Assembly: GCF_018977255.1 (NCBI RefSeq)
Contig: NW_024704744.1
Span: forward strand, 70,184,001-70,248,000
Length of the DNA stretch: 64,000 bases
Direction of reading: 5' to 3'
DNA from: Callorhinchus milii
Taxonomy: Eukaryota
The notes below the pieces were generated by a model that was not told the origin of the DNA, ran no database searches, and worked only from the letters and a program-made list of their open reading frames with translations. Each line of letters starts with the position of its first letter. Position 1 is the first letter of the stretch. The position numbers and the translations under genes are program-made. This document shows positions 13,119 through 23,794 of this stretch, in pieces.

Positions 13119-13465
13119 TTCATAGTTGCGATGTTTGGTGGCTTCCATGATGATGCCTTTATAGCTCTGGAGAGCAGCTTTGATGTCCTTAATTAGCAGA
13201 GCCTGTAGAGTATAGGTAAGATCCAGCCCAATCTCTCTCAACGTACTGTAATGCTCTTTTGCAACTTACTCACACTCAGCAGTTGTGGACAGACTTTCTT
13301 TACTGCTTGCCGAAGGCATCTACAAACATCTTCATGGCAACACAAAACCACACAACGAAGGCTGTTTTTTGCGAAGTCCATCTCAAACTCTTTGGCTGTA
13401 TCCAGGAGGCTGATGAAAAAATTATAGCAGAGCTTGTGGATGTAGGGCAGGGTGGCACCCTCGAT
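13119..13465 (-). pseudogene. EXOC8: Disabled internal fragment of exocyst complex component 8 (Exo84)
   Basis: Reverse strand, across two frameshifts: IEGATLPYIHKLCYNFFISLLDTAKEFEMDFAKN / AFVVWFCVAMKMFVDAFGKQ / KESLSTTAECE*VAKEHYSTLREIGLDLTYTLQALLIKDIKAALQSYKGIIMEATKHRNYE. Collinear with vertebrate EXOC8 as recalled (IEGATLLYIHKLC...AFVVW...MFVDAFSKQVFDSKESLSTAAECVKVAKEHC...IGLDLTF...EATKHRN). In-frame TAA at 13266-13268. Confidence 0.92.
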
Positions 13466-14039
13466 GATAGGGCTGTCCGCGTCAGTGCTTCTTAATGTTT
13501 AACAGCACAACATCAGTCCGAGTTCATTGCAACGCAAATCTGTTTGTCTGTACTTGAAGTTGCATCTTTCATTGAAATTATACAGATGAGGGTATTCAGT
13601 GAAATGCAGTCACATTGGTCACATATGTGAGACTGCATAATTATATGAAGGTAAACACTTCAAGGCCTCTTTGAGGTGCTTTTCTCCACCCAGGCCCTTA
13701 TATAAGAGACGTTTTTTATATCTATACAACCTTTCCGTGATGCTGGCATGCATTTGTGTTTATCTCTCAAAATGTCAACAAACCATTTGACTTGAAAGCT
13801 CAAGTATCTTATTGAAGTTGGGTTGTTTATTACGCATTAAGAAAAAGGCAAGTTAGATCCTGAGAAAGCGTCTTTGTTGAACTTATAATTTTCTTCCACC
13901 CCAACCGGCTGTCGTTTATGGCATTGTCTTTCATTCATTCACCCATTCAAAACAGAGCTGGATTTCTCCAAATATAATTTCTGTCTTCAGGGGATGAACA
14001 AAGAGGTGCTCTCTTACAGATTCAGTCCTTTTTCTAACA

Positions 14040-14198
14040 TACATTAGTTTGCACAAGGAGAATAATAAAGGGATATGGGGGAGTGGGCGGGGTGGGGAGG
14101 AAGCAGGATAGAAAACCTAATTGTATAGCTCTTTCAGACACAGCACTGGCATGATGGACCAACTGCCCTCCCTCTGTGCTATACATTCTGTGGTTCTA
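14040..14198 (+). mobile_element. CR1-like LINE 3' end
   Basis: AAAGGGATATGGG...ATAGCTCTTTCAGA...GATGGACC...CCTCTGTGCT...ATTCTGTGGTTCTA tail typical of CR1 3' UTRs. Confidence 0.6.
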
Positions 14199-15261
14199 CA
14201 ACATTTATACAATGCCAGAATGGTGAAAATAAAGTTCATGTCTACCCTTTTCAGGTCACAGTCTCACTGCAGCACTGCACTGTTTGTTCCAACCTAAAAC
14301 TAAGCATGTCAAAACATTTTTTTAATGTTATTGTTCGTCTTATTTCTTGGTGGTTTAAATGATGATGATTTGCTTTTAGAAACATAGAAACTAGATTCAT
14401 TGAATAGGGGTCACAGCAAAGTATAACCCAAGGTTGCAAAAAATAGCAGAAAAACATGAGTGAAACATAGTGATTAGGTGGTGCTCAGCTTGGGTTTTCA
14501 AAGGCTCTGAGATAGCAAAACAAGAGGATCTAGATTCAGGGTTTGCAAACGGCAATTTCAGGATTGACGCCAGATCATAACTAACAACTGGAACAGGTTA
14601 GCGGGGAAAAAAAATTGGTCACTCAATCCAATGCTGTGCGCAATTGACTGTTGTGTTTCGCCCACAAAATATACAGTCAAAACAGTTTACAATATATTCT
14701 GTGAAGTGCTTTGAGACAGCTCAATGATGTGATAATGCTATTATTATTATTAAACCTTCTCAGAGACATTGCTGAATCTGCTGACTGACTCAGAATGTTC
14801 CTGTCTTTAAGCCCTGGGAGAGAATGAGCTTGAGTAGGAGTAGAGCAGTGCAATGAGTTTTAATTTCACCCCAGCGATGCTGCAGAGAAGAAGAGGATGT
14901 AAAATGACATGTCTGAAGCTTGGGAGAAAGTTGCAAGCTATTTTAACTGTAGTATTCATTCACATTAATTGGCTGCCCACATTAATCATTGTTTATGGGA
15001 CATAGGGAACATAGGAAATGCTAGACGAAAAAAGACCAAGGTCCATCCTGGTAGTCGCATGCTATATTGCTATGTTTGTCTACAGAACAACATTCACTTC
15101 ATTACTAAGAAATTCTATATTGTAAAGTGCTTTGAGACATTTTTACACTAAAGGAATTATACAGATGCAAAACATTTTTATTGTTATCATTTCTTTTATT
15201 AATAGAGGGAGACCGGAAAGGCTGTGTAGGAGGGAGCTATTCACTTATTCTGTTCTCTTAG

Positions 15262-15579
15262 TCTCTGTCTCCTGGATCATGGGATGTTTCAGCCATGGCA
15301 GTAAAACGCCTGTTACACAAGCCTCCAGGAAGCGTGCTCACTATTTCACTCATCTCCAGCTGAGCTTCTTGATGTGTTGCACAGGGAGCAGAACCTCACA
15401 AGCTGTTGCATGCTGGTGGCTTGCCGATGTCAGCGTTTCACAGTTCTATCCGATGGTTTTGCATGGAATAAAAAAATCTGGAAGAACGGTCGGAACATAT
15501 TCATTCGTATCTTCTGGGCTCTGCTCACAGGGAAAGTTACTGAAAACAGCAGGCTCAGAACTTCTGCCATTTTATATTG
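15262..15579 (+). other. Candidate 318-nt symmetric (phase 1-1) exon, unidentified
   Basis: Pyrimidine tract TTATTCTGTTCTCTTAG|, donor G|GTCAGT, stop-free in the frame of ORF 15132-15635, not recognisably repeat-derived. Confidence 0.2.
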
Positions 15580-15654
15580 GTCAGTTGGAAAAAATATTCA
15601 GGCAAGAAGAAAAAAACGTATTCGGTGTCAGCTAGCTCAGTCAACAGCACGCTC

Positions 15655-15870
15655 GCCATGCTACACCTACCACCATGCTCCACGCCCCAACCGCTGTGCG
15701 GGCGGGGCGGCCCTCATATCCAGGGAGTCACTTGCTCTATCCTCCTACTCCACCAGCTCATTCCCCTCTTTCGAACACCTTATCTCTGCTATCCCTCCCA
15801 CCTCTCTCTTAAAAATCCTCCTAATTTACCCCAAAATCCCCCCCTCACCTTCACCTCTGACACCTCATGA
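15655..15870 (+). mobile_element. L2 LINE apurinic endonuclease domain fragment
   Basis: YTYHHAPRPNRCAGGAALI...SFPSFEHLI...ILLIYP resembles the APE motifs of LINE ORF2 (R..GGGVA, SFE, IYRPP). Confidence 0.7.
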
Positions 15871-15899
15871 TCATTAACATTACCATGATTCTGACATGA

Positions 15900-16172
15900 A
15901 TCCCTCAAGAAAAAAACACAATAATAAATCGGTTATTTTCAATCCATGACTGTTTGTGGGACACTGCTGTGCGCAATTGGCTGCTGTATTTCACCCACAA
16001 ATATATACAGTCAATTAATTTTACAGTTTATTCTGTGAAGTGCGAAATGTCGTGAATTGAATGACCAAATTATTATTATTTTTAAAACATTGAAGGGATT
16101 ATTACCCCTGGAACACCAATCCGCCAATTGACTAACAACTGGGCTCCTACTTACCGCTAGGTGAACAGAGGT
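15900..16172. mobile_element. Two tRNA-SINE fragments in inverted orientation
   Basis: 15900-16045 is the SINE 3' body on +; 16050-16172 is the SINE central/5' body on -. Confidence 0.7.
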
Positions 16173-17089
16173 AATGCAATGATTATTATTAATAGTAACT
16201 TGCGTTTATCTAGCACCCGGGGCAATGTTTCAAAGTGCTTCACAGAGACGGTGACCGAAAATTCCTATATGAAAGCCGCCATACAAGTGCAAATTGCTGT
16301 TGGTGTAAAGCATTATAAGAACGGCTAGGCTCTTCACAGGCATATCAGTTGTCATACATGGATGGTTGGGTAATTGACCCTGTGCCCATTGCATAGAAAT
16401 ACAGTATCTTGATGTTAATCAGTTTCTATGTGTTATGTGCACACCCAGGCCTGTCTGCATTCCCCTTTAAATCAATATTTCAAACCTTATACAACTGAGC
16501 TTGACTGAACTTGGGCCAAGACCTGTGGGTGACATGATTCCCTGAGCCAAATCATGAATTGAGCTAATAAAGGAAGCACTAGAAAAAGTAACATGCTGGC
16601 TTGTGCGAGAGATTTTGAGAGAGTTGATGGTACCCTCAAGAATATAAATTTAATTTATAACTCCCCTGAGCAGTTACGAAATTTCATTCAGTATACTCTG
16701 TTACAATGTACCTTTTAAATTACACATTGTGTTTCTGATCGATGTGACTGTTGGGATATATTGCAACGTTTTAGTTGAATAAAGAGCTTAACGGAGCCAA
16801 GGGATTTCTGGAGAATGACATAGGGGCAAATGCAAACTATGATGACAAAACAATCTTTCAAAATTAGAAAAGCAAGAGGGTAGCTGGGGAGTAATTGTGA
16901 CACCAAGCAGCCCAAAGGGAGTTGGAAACGAACATGAAAAGGCATAGTAAATGGCTACTTCTTAAAGGTTTTGTTTTGCCAGGAAGGGGTATTAACAATA
17001 TGCTGTCCACTATTCAACAAAGGATACTGTGTATGAGTGCAGTGACACTGACTGATGTTAGGGTGGCTTGAGGGGCTGGAAAAAATAAT

Positions 17090-18185
17090 ATTCTGAGACA
17101 GGAGAAATCAGCTCAAGGGTATTTAGAAAGATGGGTTCAGGAGATTTATGAACCATTTCACAGTATTTTTTCAGGCTCTCATTGAGCATTGGGAAGGGTC
17201 TCACAGATCGACACAAAACCAATATGGTTCATATATTCAAGAAGAGTAGGGTAGTCATATCTGGCTGTACCTGACAACCATAAACTCATTGGCTGAGCCT
17301 GAATAATTGGAAAGCTCATTGAATTAATCATTAGAAGCAGAATGGAAGAGTATATATACAAAAATAAATTAATTATTATTAATAATAATACTCTTATTTG
17401 ATCACATCATCCAAACATCTCAAATTGCTTCACAGAATACAGTATAGTCACTGTGTATTTTATGAATGACTGGGTATGTCATGGCTTCACAAGGGCTAGA
17501 TATTGCCTGATCAATCACACAGCCTTTGTTGAGAAGGTGACATCCCAGTTTATCAGTGGAAAGCCATTTACATAAGGTACCAAGACTTCCTTTTGATAAA
17601 GCCCACACCAATGACTGCTTTACAAACTGATATCAGTCATGTGTAAGATATGGATGTAAGTTAGAAACTCGCTAAAGAGATGGAAATAGACGGTCGTTCT
17701 GTCACAACGGGAAAAGTACCAACTATGATGTCTCAGGATCTGTTCAAGTTCCCCTTGTGTTCTTTGTATACATAAGTTACCTGGATTCACAGACACAGTG
17801 GGGTCAATTTACACTGTGCCATGGCTAATAAAGCAATCGCTGAACATATTGTGGCCTGGGTTCCACCTGAGTCAAAATTTGCTTTATTCGGAATCAGGAC
17901 ATACAGAATTTGGCAAGTTCTTGATTTTTTTTATACACATGCAGAAAACTGTTTAAGACCAAATTGAACAGTTTGCCAAATTCTGGATACTCTGAAATGC
18001 AACAAAATAGAGTAAATGAGATGCAGGATGTAGAATTTCTCCCCTAAAGATTTGTACATTGCACAACATAGATCATTGAAATCAACATCACTGGAGTCGA
18101 TGAAAAAGATTTAGGTTGTGCAACTTAAGGCATGGAGCTTAAGTCATGGGAAGTGATACTGAATTTGTGCAAGAAGGTTAGAACT
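17090..18185 (+). mobile_element. Old CR1 RT-region fragment interrupted by younger insertions
   Basis: Degenerate CR1 motifs: ATATTCAAGAAG (PIFKK), HGFTRARYCLIN (HGF..GRSCLTN), a QGSV/LFVYI-like stretch, GMELKSWEVILNL. Split by a SINE tail (~17375-17475) and a MITE (17853-18045). Confidence 0.6.
17853..18045. mobile_element. Palindromic MITE-like element
   Basis: Inverted arms CAGAATTTGGCAA (17904-17916) and TTGCCAAATTCTG (17973-17985). End GAATTTCTCCCC shared with the 49129 and 50560-50670 copies. Confidence 0.65.
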
Positions 18186-18504
18186 TTATGAATTCTGGCA
18201 AAAATTCATACAATTAAGCTATCCTCTCAAATCTTTGAACGTAGTCAACTGAATCACAGGTAAGCCTACAACACTCTTTTTAAAAAAATTACCATTAATA
18301 ATGGAACAATTGTAATAAGGTCTGTATAAATTTACATACACTGTTACAGTATGGAAACAGACTGTTCACACAGGCTTTGTTGAGAGGGTGGGTTACCTTC
18401 AGTGCCTTGGGACGTCCTTCCGACGTGAGAGGCGCTGTACCATTGTAATTTGTTTTTTGGCCCAACTCGTCCGTGCCAGTGTTTATATTCCACATGAGTC
18501 TCCT

Positions 18505-18670
18505 TTGATAGGTTTCTTGTGGATAAAGGGATTAAGTGAAATGGGGCTAAGGCGGGTAGGTGGAGTTAGAATAGATCAGCCATGATCTTATTGAATGCGG
18601 GGCAAACTAGAGGGTTCGAATGGCCTACTCCTGCTCCTAAATCTTATGTTCTTTGTTCTTATGTTCTAAT
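18505..18670 (+). mobile_element. CR1 LINE 3' end
   Basis: GATCAGCCATGATCTTATTGAATG...GAATGGCCTACTCCTGCTCCTA plus (TTATGTTC)n tail. Confidence 0.8.
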
Positions 18671-19068
18671 CCCCTTCCCATACCCCTCGATTCCCTTCTT
18701 ACTCGTGTACTCTGAAACTCTTCTCAGAGTAACGAATTTCACAGACCTCTCTGAGTGGCAGCAACATGTCTTTTTCATTCTTTTGAGATTGGGCCATATT
18801 TCTAAATGGTTCTGAACAGGCCAAGTTGGACCAAGCCATGAGAGAAAAAAAAGATTGCCTTATGTGGTTGTATTTGGGAAAGCTATTGAGCTGAGTGAGA
18901 GCAGGACATTCCCAATGAGTGAAATATATTTTGCATTGCAAATATTTCTTATAAATTACCTGCACTTCTGCAAGAAACCAGAACACCGAGGAAATGACAT
19001 GAGCTTACGTATTACATACATTAAGTATTATTGACAAGTATAGGAATAAACATGTCATTTTTGAACAG

Positions 19069-19750
19069 GAAATTCCACCTACAATCCATTATTTCCTTGT
19101 TGAAATTTTAAAACAAGCCTGATGACAAGTTCTTGCACACCAGCCCAAACAAACTGCTTCATGTGCTGCTGCAGATGAGTTTGCCATGTGTCTGCAGCGG
19201 CACAATGGCCAAGAAAAGATGCTACATTGCTCTCTCTCCCACACGCACTCAAATGTCCAATTCTTCTGCAAGTTCCAATCGCAATCTACGTGTGCCAAAG
19301 AAAACATTAAAGCAAGCTGCATAGCCGATTCGACCATGCATGATGTGCAGGAAGTGGAGACTTACAGTGAAGAGTTTGATCTGAATGGCCAAAGGCTAAT
19401 AACAAGCTGCTAAGATGCTTCTTCCATGCCTGAAGATCCATATGGTTTGTACGTACGGTAAACATCTGCGCATACGGTGCACGTCGGGGCACCTTCCAAA
19501 AGTGGCAAGTGCACCTTATCAGGGTGTGTGCAGGCATTCACGTGGATGTGGTGTACACAGTGATGATTCCCGACTAAAGGGAATGTCCCAAAAAACGTGT
19601 GCACAATTTATGTGCAGTAAAGAAATGTACCGTAAACAATGGCATTTTTTTTGTATCGGGAGGAAAGGACAAATTGTAACAGAAGATGTTGTGTTTGTTT
19701 TGGATTTCTACTGTACTAAATATATTTATAAATAAATATTTATACATTTT
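19069..19750 (+). other. Candidate terminal exon / 3' UTR
   Basis: Acceptor TCATTTTTGAACAG| at 19068, repeat-free ~700 bp, AT-rich end with AATAAA at 19731-19736. Coding frame is ambiguous. Confidence 0.25.
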
Positions 19751-20162
19751 ATAAATATATATAAATTTTCAAAAACAAAATCCATATGGCTTGGGAGAAG
19801 TCATAGATTTGCAGACGTTGCTAAGGCGGGGTGTTATCGAATACTTTTGTTACTGTACTAGATTAATGGTTTACACTTGATTAGCACAACCTGTAAATTA
19901 GAAACCTTTGTTTGCATGGTCGTTTCTCTTTTAAATGGCTTTGATTTTTCACATTGGTTGCTGAAGGCCTCAAGGACTTTTCACAACAGGCTGTGATAAT
20001 ATTAATAATCCTTCTATTTATAGCACGCCTATTACAAAGGATGACATCTCAAAATCGTTCACATTATTTACTGTAAAGTGTAGGTGAATGTGGTAGCCAA
20101 TTTGTGCACAACGATGTCCCACAAACAGCCATGAAGTGAAAGACTATTTTTATCTTTTATTT

Positions 20163-20480
20163 GCTGAACAAAAAAAGTGTGGGGGGGGGCAAAAAACTTG
20201 CAACAAAACAGGCAGATCAGGAACAGAAAAGGTGCGTCTGGGACCAAGATGATTAGGTGAGCTGTTATGGCCTGAAATTGTTGAAATCAATATTGAGGCC
20301 AGAGGGCTGTAAGGTCCCTAGGAGATAAATGAGGTGCTGTTCCTCGAGCTTGCGCTGTGGCTCATTGGAATAGCGTAGGAGACCGTGGATGGAGAGGTCA
20401 GAGTGTGAGTGGGAGGGAGAGTTGAAATGGCAAGAAAATGAAAGCTCAGGGTTATGCTTGCAGACAGAATGGAGGTGGAA
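20163..20480 (-). mobile_element. Penelope-like element: GIY-YIG endonuclease C-terminus and start of 3' region
   Basis: HLHSVCK...CHFNSPSHSHSDLSIHGL...RKLEEQHLIYLLGTLQPSGLNIDFNNFRP* fits the PLE GIY-YIG end (HF...R...E..I..L.T..P.GLN). Confidence 0.88.
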
Positions 20481-20514
20481 GATCCCTTTAGAATGCTGAG
20501 AAGGGAGAGGGGGA

Positions 20515-20996
20515 AAACAACAACAACAACAACAACAACAAGATTCCATTTATAAAGCGCCTTTCACGTCAGGAGGACGTCCCAAGGCGCTGCACAGTTG
20601 GGTCATGACCCGAGCAGGGGGCAAATGGTCAGGGTGAGGGGAGGGGAGGGAGGAGGGGGGAGATGTTCAGGGTGAGGGGAGCGGAGGGAGCGAGGAGGGG
20701 GGAAATGGTCAGGGTGAGGGGAGGGATGGGAGGGAGCGAGAAGGGGGAAGAGAGTCGAGAGGGGAGCTGAAGGCTCGGTCAAAGAGAAAGGTTTTGAGAC
20801 CGGCCTTGAAGGAGGAGAGGAGGAAGCGGCGAAGGCACTGGGGGATAGAGTTCCAGAGCCGGGGCTGAGAGGCTGAAGGCCCGAGCACCGATGGTAGGGC
20901 GATTGGGGCGGGGGACGTGGAGCGGAACGGAGGGTACGGGCAGGTAGGTAGGGGGATAGTAGGTTGGAGAGGTAGGAGGGAGCAAGGCCGTGAATG
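20515..20996 (-). mobile_element. L2 LINE 3' end with G-rich duplicated 3' UTR
   Basis: LHVPRPNRPTIGARAFSLSAP motif, perfect tail hairpin at 20556-20591, and a (CAA)n end on +. Confidence 0.85.
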
Positions 20997-21072
20997 GTGT
21001 GTTTAGTGGTTGGGTCACACTGGAGATGCCGGAAATGGCGGAGAATTATTTTTTGGATGAACCTTTTACTTT

Positions 21073-21494
21073 GGTTTCAATACTGGCTTCAACAATTTCA
21101 AACCAAACAGCTCACCTTCCCCCTCACCCTGTTCTGTGACCCCTACCACATCATCTTGGTCCCAGACACACCTCTTCTCTCCCTGATCTGCCTGTTTTGT
21201 TGCAAGTTCTTTTCCCCCCTTTTGTTCTGCAGTATTCCCCTGCTTTGTTGCAATCACTTTGTTCTGCATCATTAACACCTCTTTAACCCATCATCCCCTG
21301 TCCTCTACCCCATTTTCTTTTTGTTTTCCTTGCCCTGCCTCCCCCCTCTCTGTTAGCCTTTAAAAGTCTCTCCCTCCCAACATGCCCCAGTTCAGACAAA
21401 GGGCCGTGGACCCAAAACGTTGACTCACTTTCCTTTCTCCATAGATGCTGCCTGACCTGCTGAGTGTTCCCAGCGACTTCTGTTTTTGTTTTCT
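21073..21494 (+). mobile_element. Penelope-like element 3' region / pLTR with decayed hammerhead
   Basis: Starts with codons GFNTGFNNFKP (compare GLNIDFNNFRP). 21073-21230 is the inverted counterpart of 20163-20300. Ends with AGTT-CAGACAA-AGGGCCGTGGACCC-AAAAC-GTT-GACT and the pLTR block. Confidence 0.8.
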
Positions 21495-23054
21495 AATGAA
21501 TCAAATGTTGGAACTACATAAATAGAGTAAATCTAGACTGAAGACTTATTTCAATTTGAATAATTTTAATGACTATAATACGAATGAGGGGAAGTTTCTC
21601 CTCTGTGTATATTTGAGTTTACTATAACTTGTATCTAACATTTTTCCACTGTACACATTTACGCTGTACACATTATCTCAGTGTAACTATAGGCATTTGG
21701 ATACTCTTTGCCAGATACTAGTGATAACCTAAAATGTTTCAAAACAGATAATGAATTGTAAAAAGGAGTCTTCGCTTTAACGTTTCACTTTCAGTTTTAT
21801 CCATGACGACAGTACAAGATCTCACTGTTGAAAGTAGTCAAACGCAAGGATACAGTAAATCACCAATAAAGCACTGATGTAAATCATTACACAGTCTAAT
21901 TATAACACATCTCATAGTAAAATATCAGACAAGAGCAAGGTTCCATAACACAAGCAAACCATAAAATGTCTAAGAGTGAATGAGTGAGGCAAACCCTCAT
22001 TGTACCTACATTTGGCAAATCTGTGATGTAATAAATAATGATCTTTGCAGTTTATATAGCATCGTTTCAGACCATCGAAACACCTTAAAGCACTTATTGC
22101 ATTAATTATAGAGTGTGCGTTTTTCAGTGAAAGCACAGCAGCTAATTTGCACTCAGGAATTTTTCACAAACACCCATGAAGTGAATGACAAATTTTATTT
22201 GGAGGTTTATATACTTGGAGGTGATTAATACTAGTCATGCAAATAAATCTAAGTGGTTTTGATAGGAAACTGAATGGGACTCGGGGGAAGGTACGACTTG
22301 GGTAATTATACGATTTATAAAGATAAGACATATGCGAGTTTTACTTATGATAATAATCCTCGGTTGATATAATGCCTTATCACGTTGTCGAGATGTCTCT
22401 AAGCACTTCAAGTTTTTTTTACTGTGAAGGGTAGTTACTAAGTATTTGGAAGCAAACAAACAAAATACTCACACAACTTTTACATCAGAGAGTAACATTC
22501 TACGTGTGCCTGTTTATTGTTTGTTGATTTCCAGATACATCGTTTTTTAATCATTTCATTGATTTAGGTCTTGGCTAACTTGTGGAGGAGTTTCTACCAT
22601 TGTCCTAGCTTGTATTCTTTTCTTATCCAAATTTACTCCAAAAATTCACATGGATAAACTGCTCATCTCATTGCTGTTTGTAAGACCATGCTAACACTAA
22701 TTCACCACAGGGTTTACCTGCATAACATTCACTTCGTTTCTATTTCATCTCAGAATGTAAAGTACTTCAAGATGTTTCTTTTACTTTTTACTAGCAACAA
22801 ATTGCACAGGCAATGATCAGCATAAACTGTAAACTGAGAGTTATGCATGTCCACACTCCATTCATTCTAGTTTCCCTTTTACCTTTCAAATACTAAATGC
22901 CTCTTCCTAGTTATAATAATAATGTTTATTATTATTATTATTCAAATGTAAATTGTTATTGTTACTATTCAGCACACCAGATTTGCAGGTTATAGAACAA
23001 TACTCCATTCACTACATTGTATGTTTGTACATTGTGACTGTTTATACTTCAGAT

Positions 23055-23385
23055 AACCAGAGAGCATAGATTAAAGGTAATTATCAAATGAACAAAAGGA
23101 GAGTTTAGGAGAACGATTTTTACACAGAGGGTTCTTAGAACTCGGAATTTGAGGAATACCTGAAACACTCCTTGAGGCAAAATCTATGTCAGCTGTAAAT
23201 AAAGAATTATATAAATAACAACAATAATTTCATTTATATGGCCCCCTTCATACAGAGTAGTATGAAAAGTAGAAATGTTAAAGTGTATGGGGAAAAGGCA
23301 TCAGAATTGAACAAGATGGATAGCTCTTTCAGACACAATGGGCTGCATGGCCTCCTTCTATGTTGTACATTTCTACAGTTCCAGG
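23055..23385 (+). mobile_element. CR1 LINE 3' fragment
   Basis: ACCAGAGAGCATAGATTAAAGGTAA...TTTTTACACAGAGGGT...GGAAT (TRGH..K...FFTQRV..WN) and a CR1 tail ATGGCCTCCTTCT. Confidence 0.7.
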
Positions 23386-23794
23386 TTCTTGATTACCAGG
23401 TTAAAACCCTTCACTTGAACTACTGTGTATCAGTGCAAAAGTTCATTAAGTTGATCAAATATTGGTTTGAGTTGCTTGACAACTTTTTATGAGCTTACAC
23501 TCGACAACTTTAAAGCATTCTACATGAGCAAACCTTAAAGAAGGAATGTGATAGCAGACTGAAGGTTAGGTGAACACTTCCCTGGTAATATTATACTTTA
23601 AGAGTGAATGTTGGTTTGTGTCGAGAAAGTAATTAGTAAGTGACATGTGCTGTCAGATCCTTCAAACCAAGTGCAAACACTAAATATTTTCCTTGCTATA
23701 TTTTTATCATATTTAATACAACTTGTAAACCAGTATGCCTGTATCATTAGACTAATTTACAGATGAGAACAAATACAATATTTATAATAAAATA

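Noticed and set aside
13259-13495. 78-aa + strand ORF
   Set aside because: Antisense shadow of the EXOC8 fragment.
15485-15510. EYVPTV (Rho GTPase switch I-like) on the minus strand
   Set aside because: Six-residue match with no P-loop or other GTPase motifs nearby.
19186-19413. ORF ending EFDLNGQRLITSC as a terminal coding exon
   Set aside because: Only a weak acceptor upstream and no recognised homology; cannot be chosen over other frames in the 19069-19750 block.
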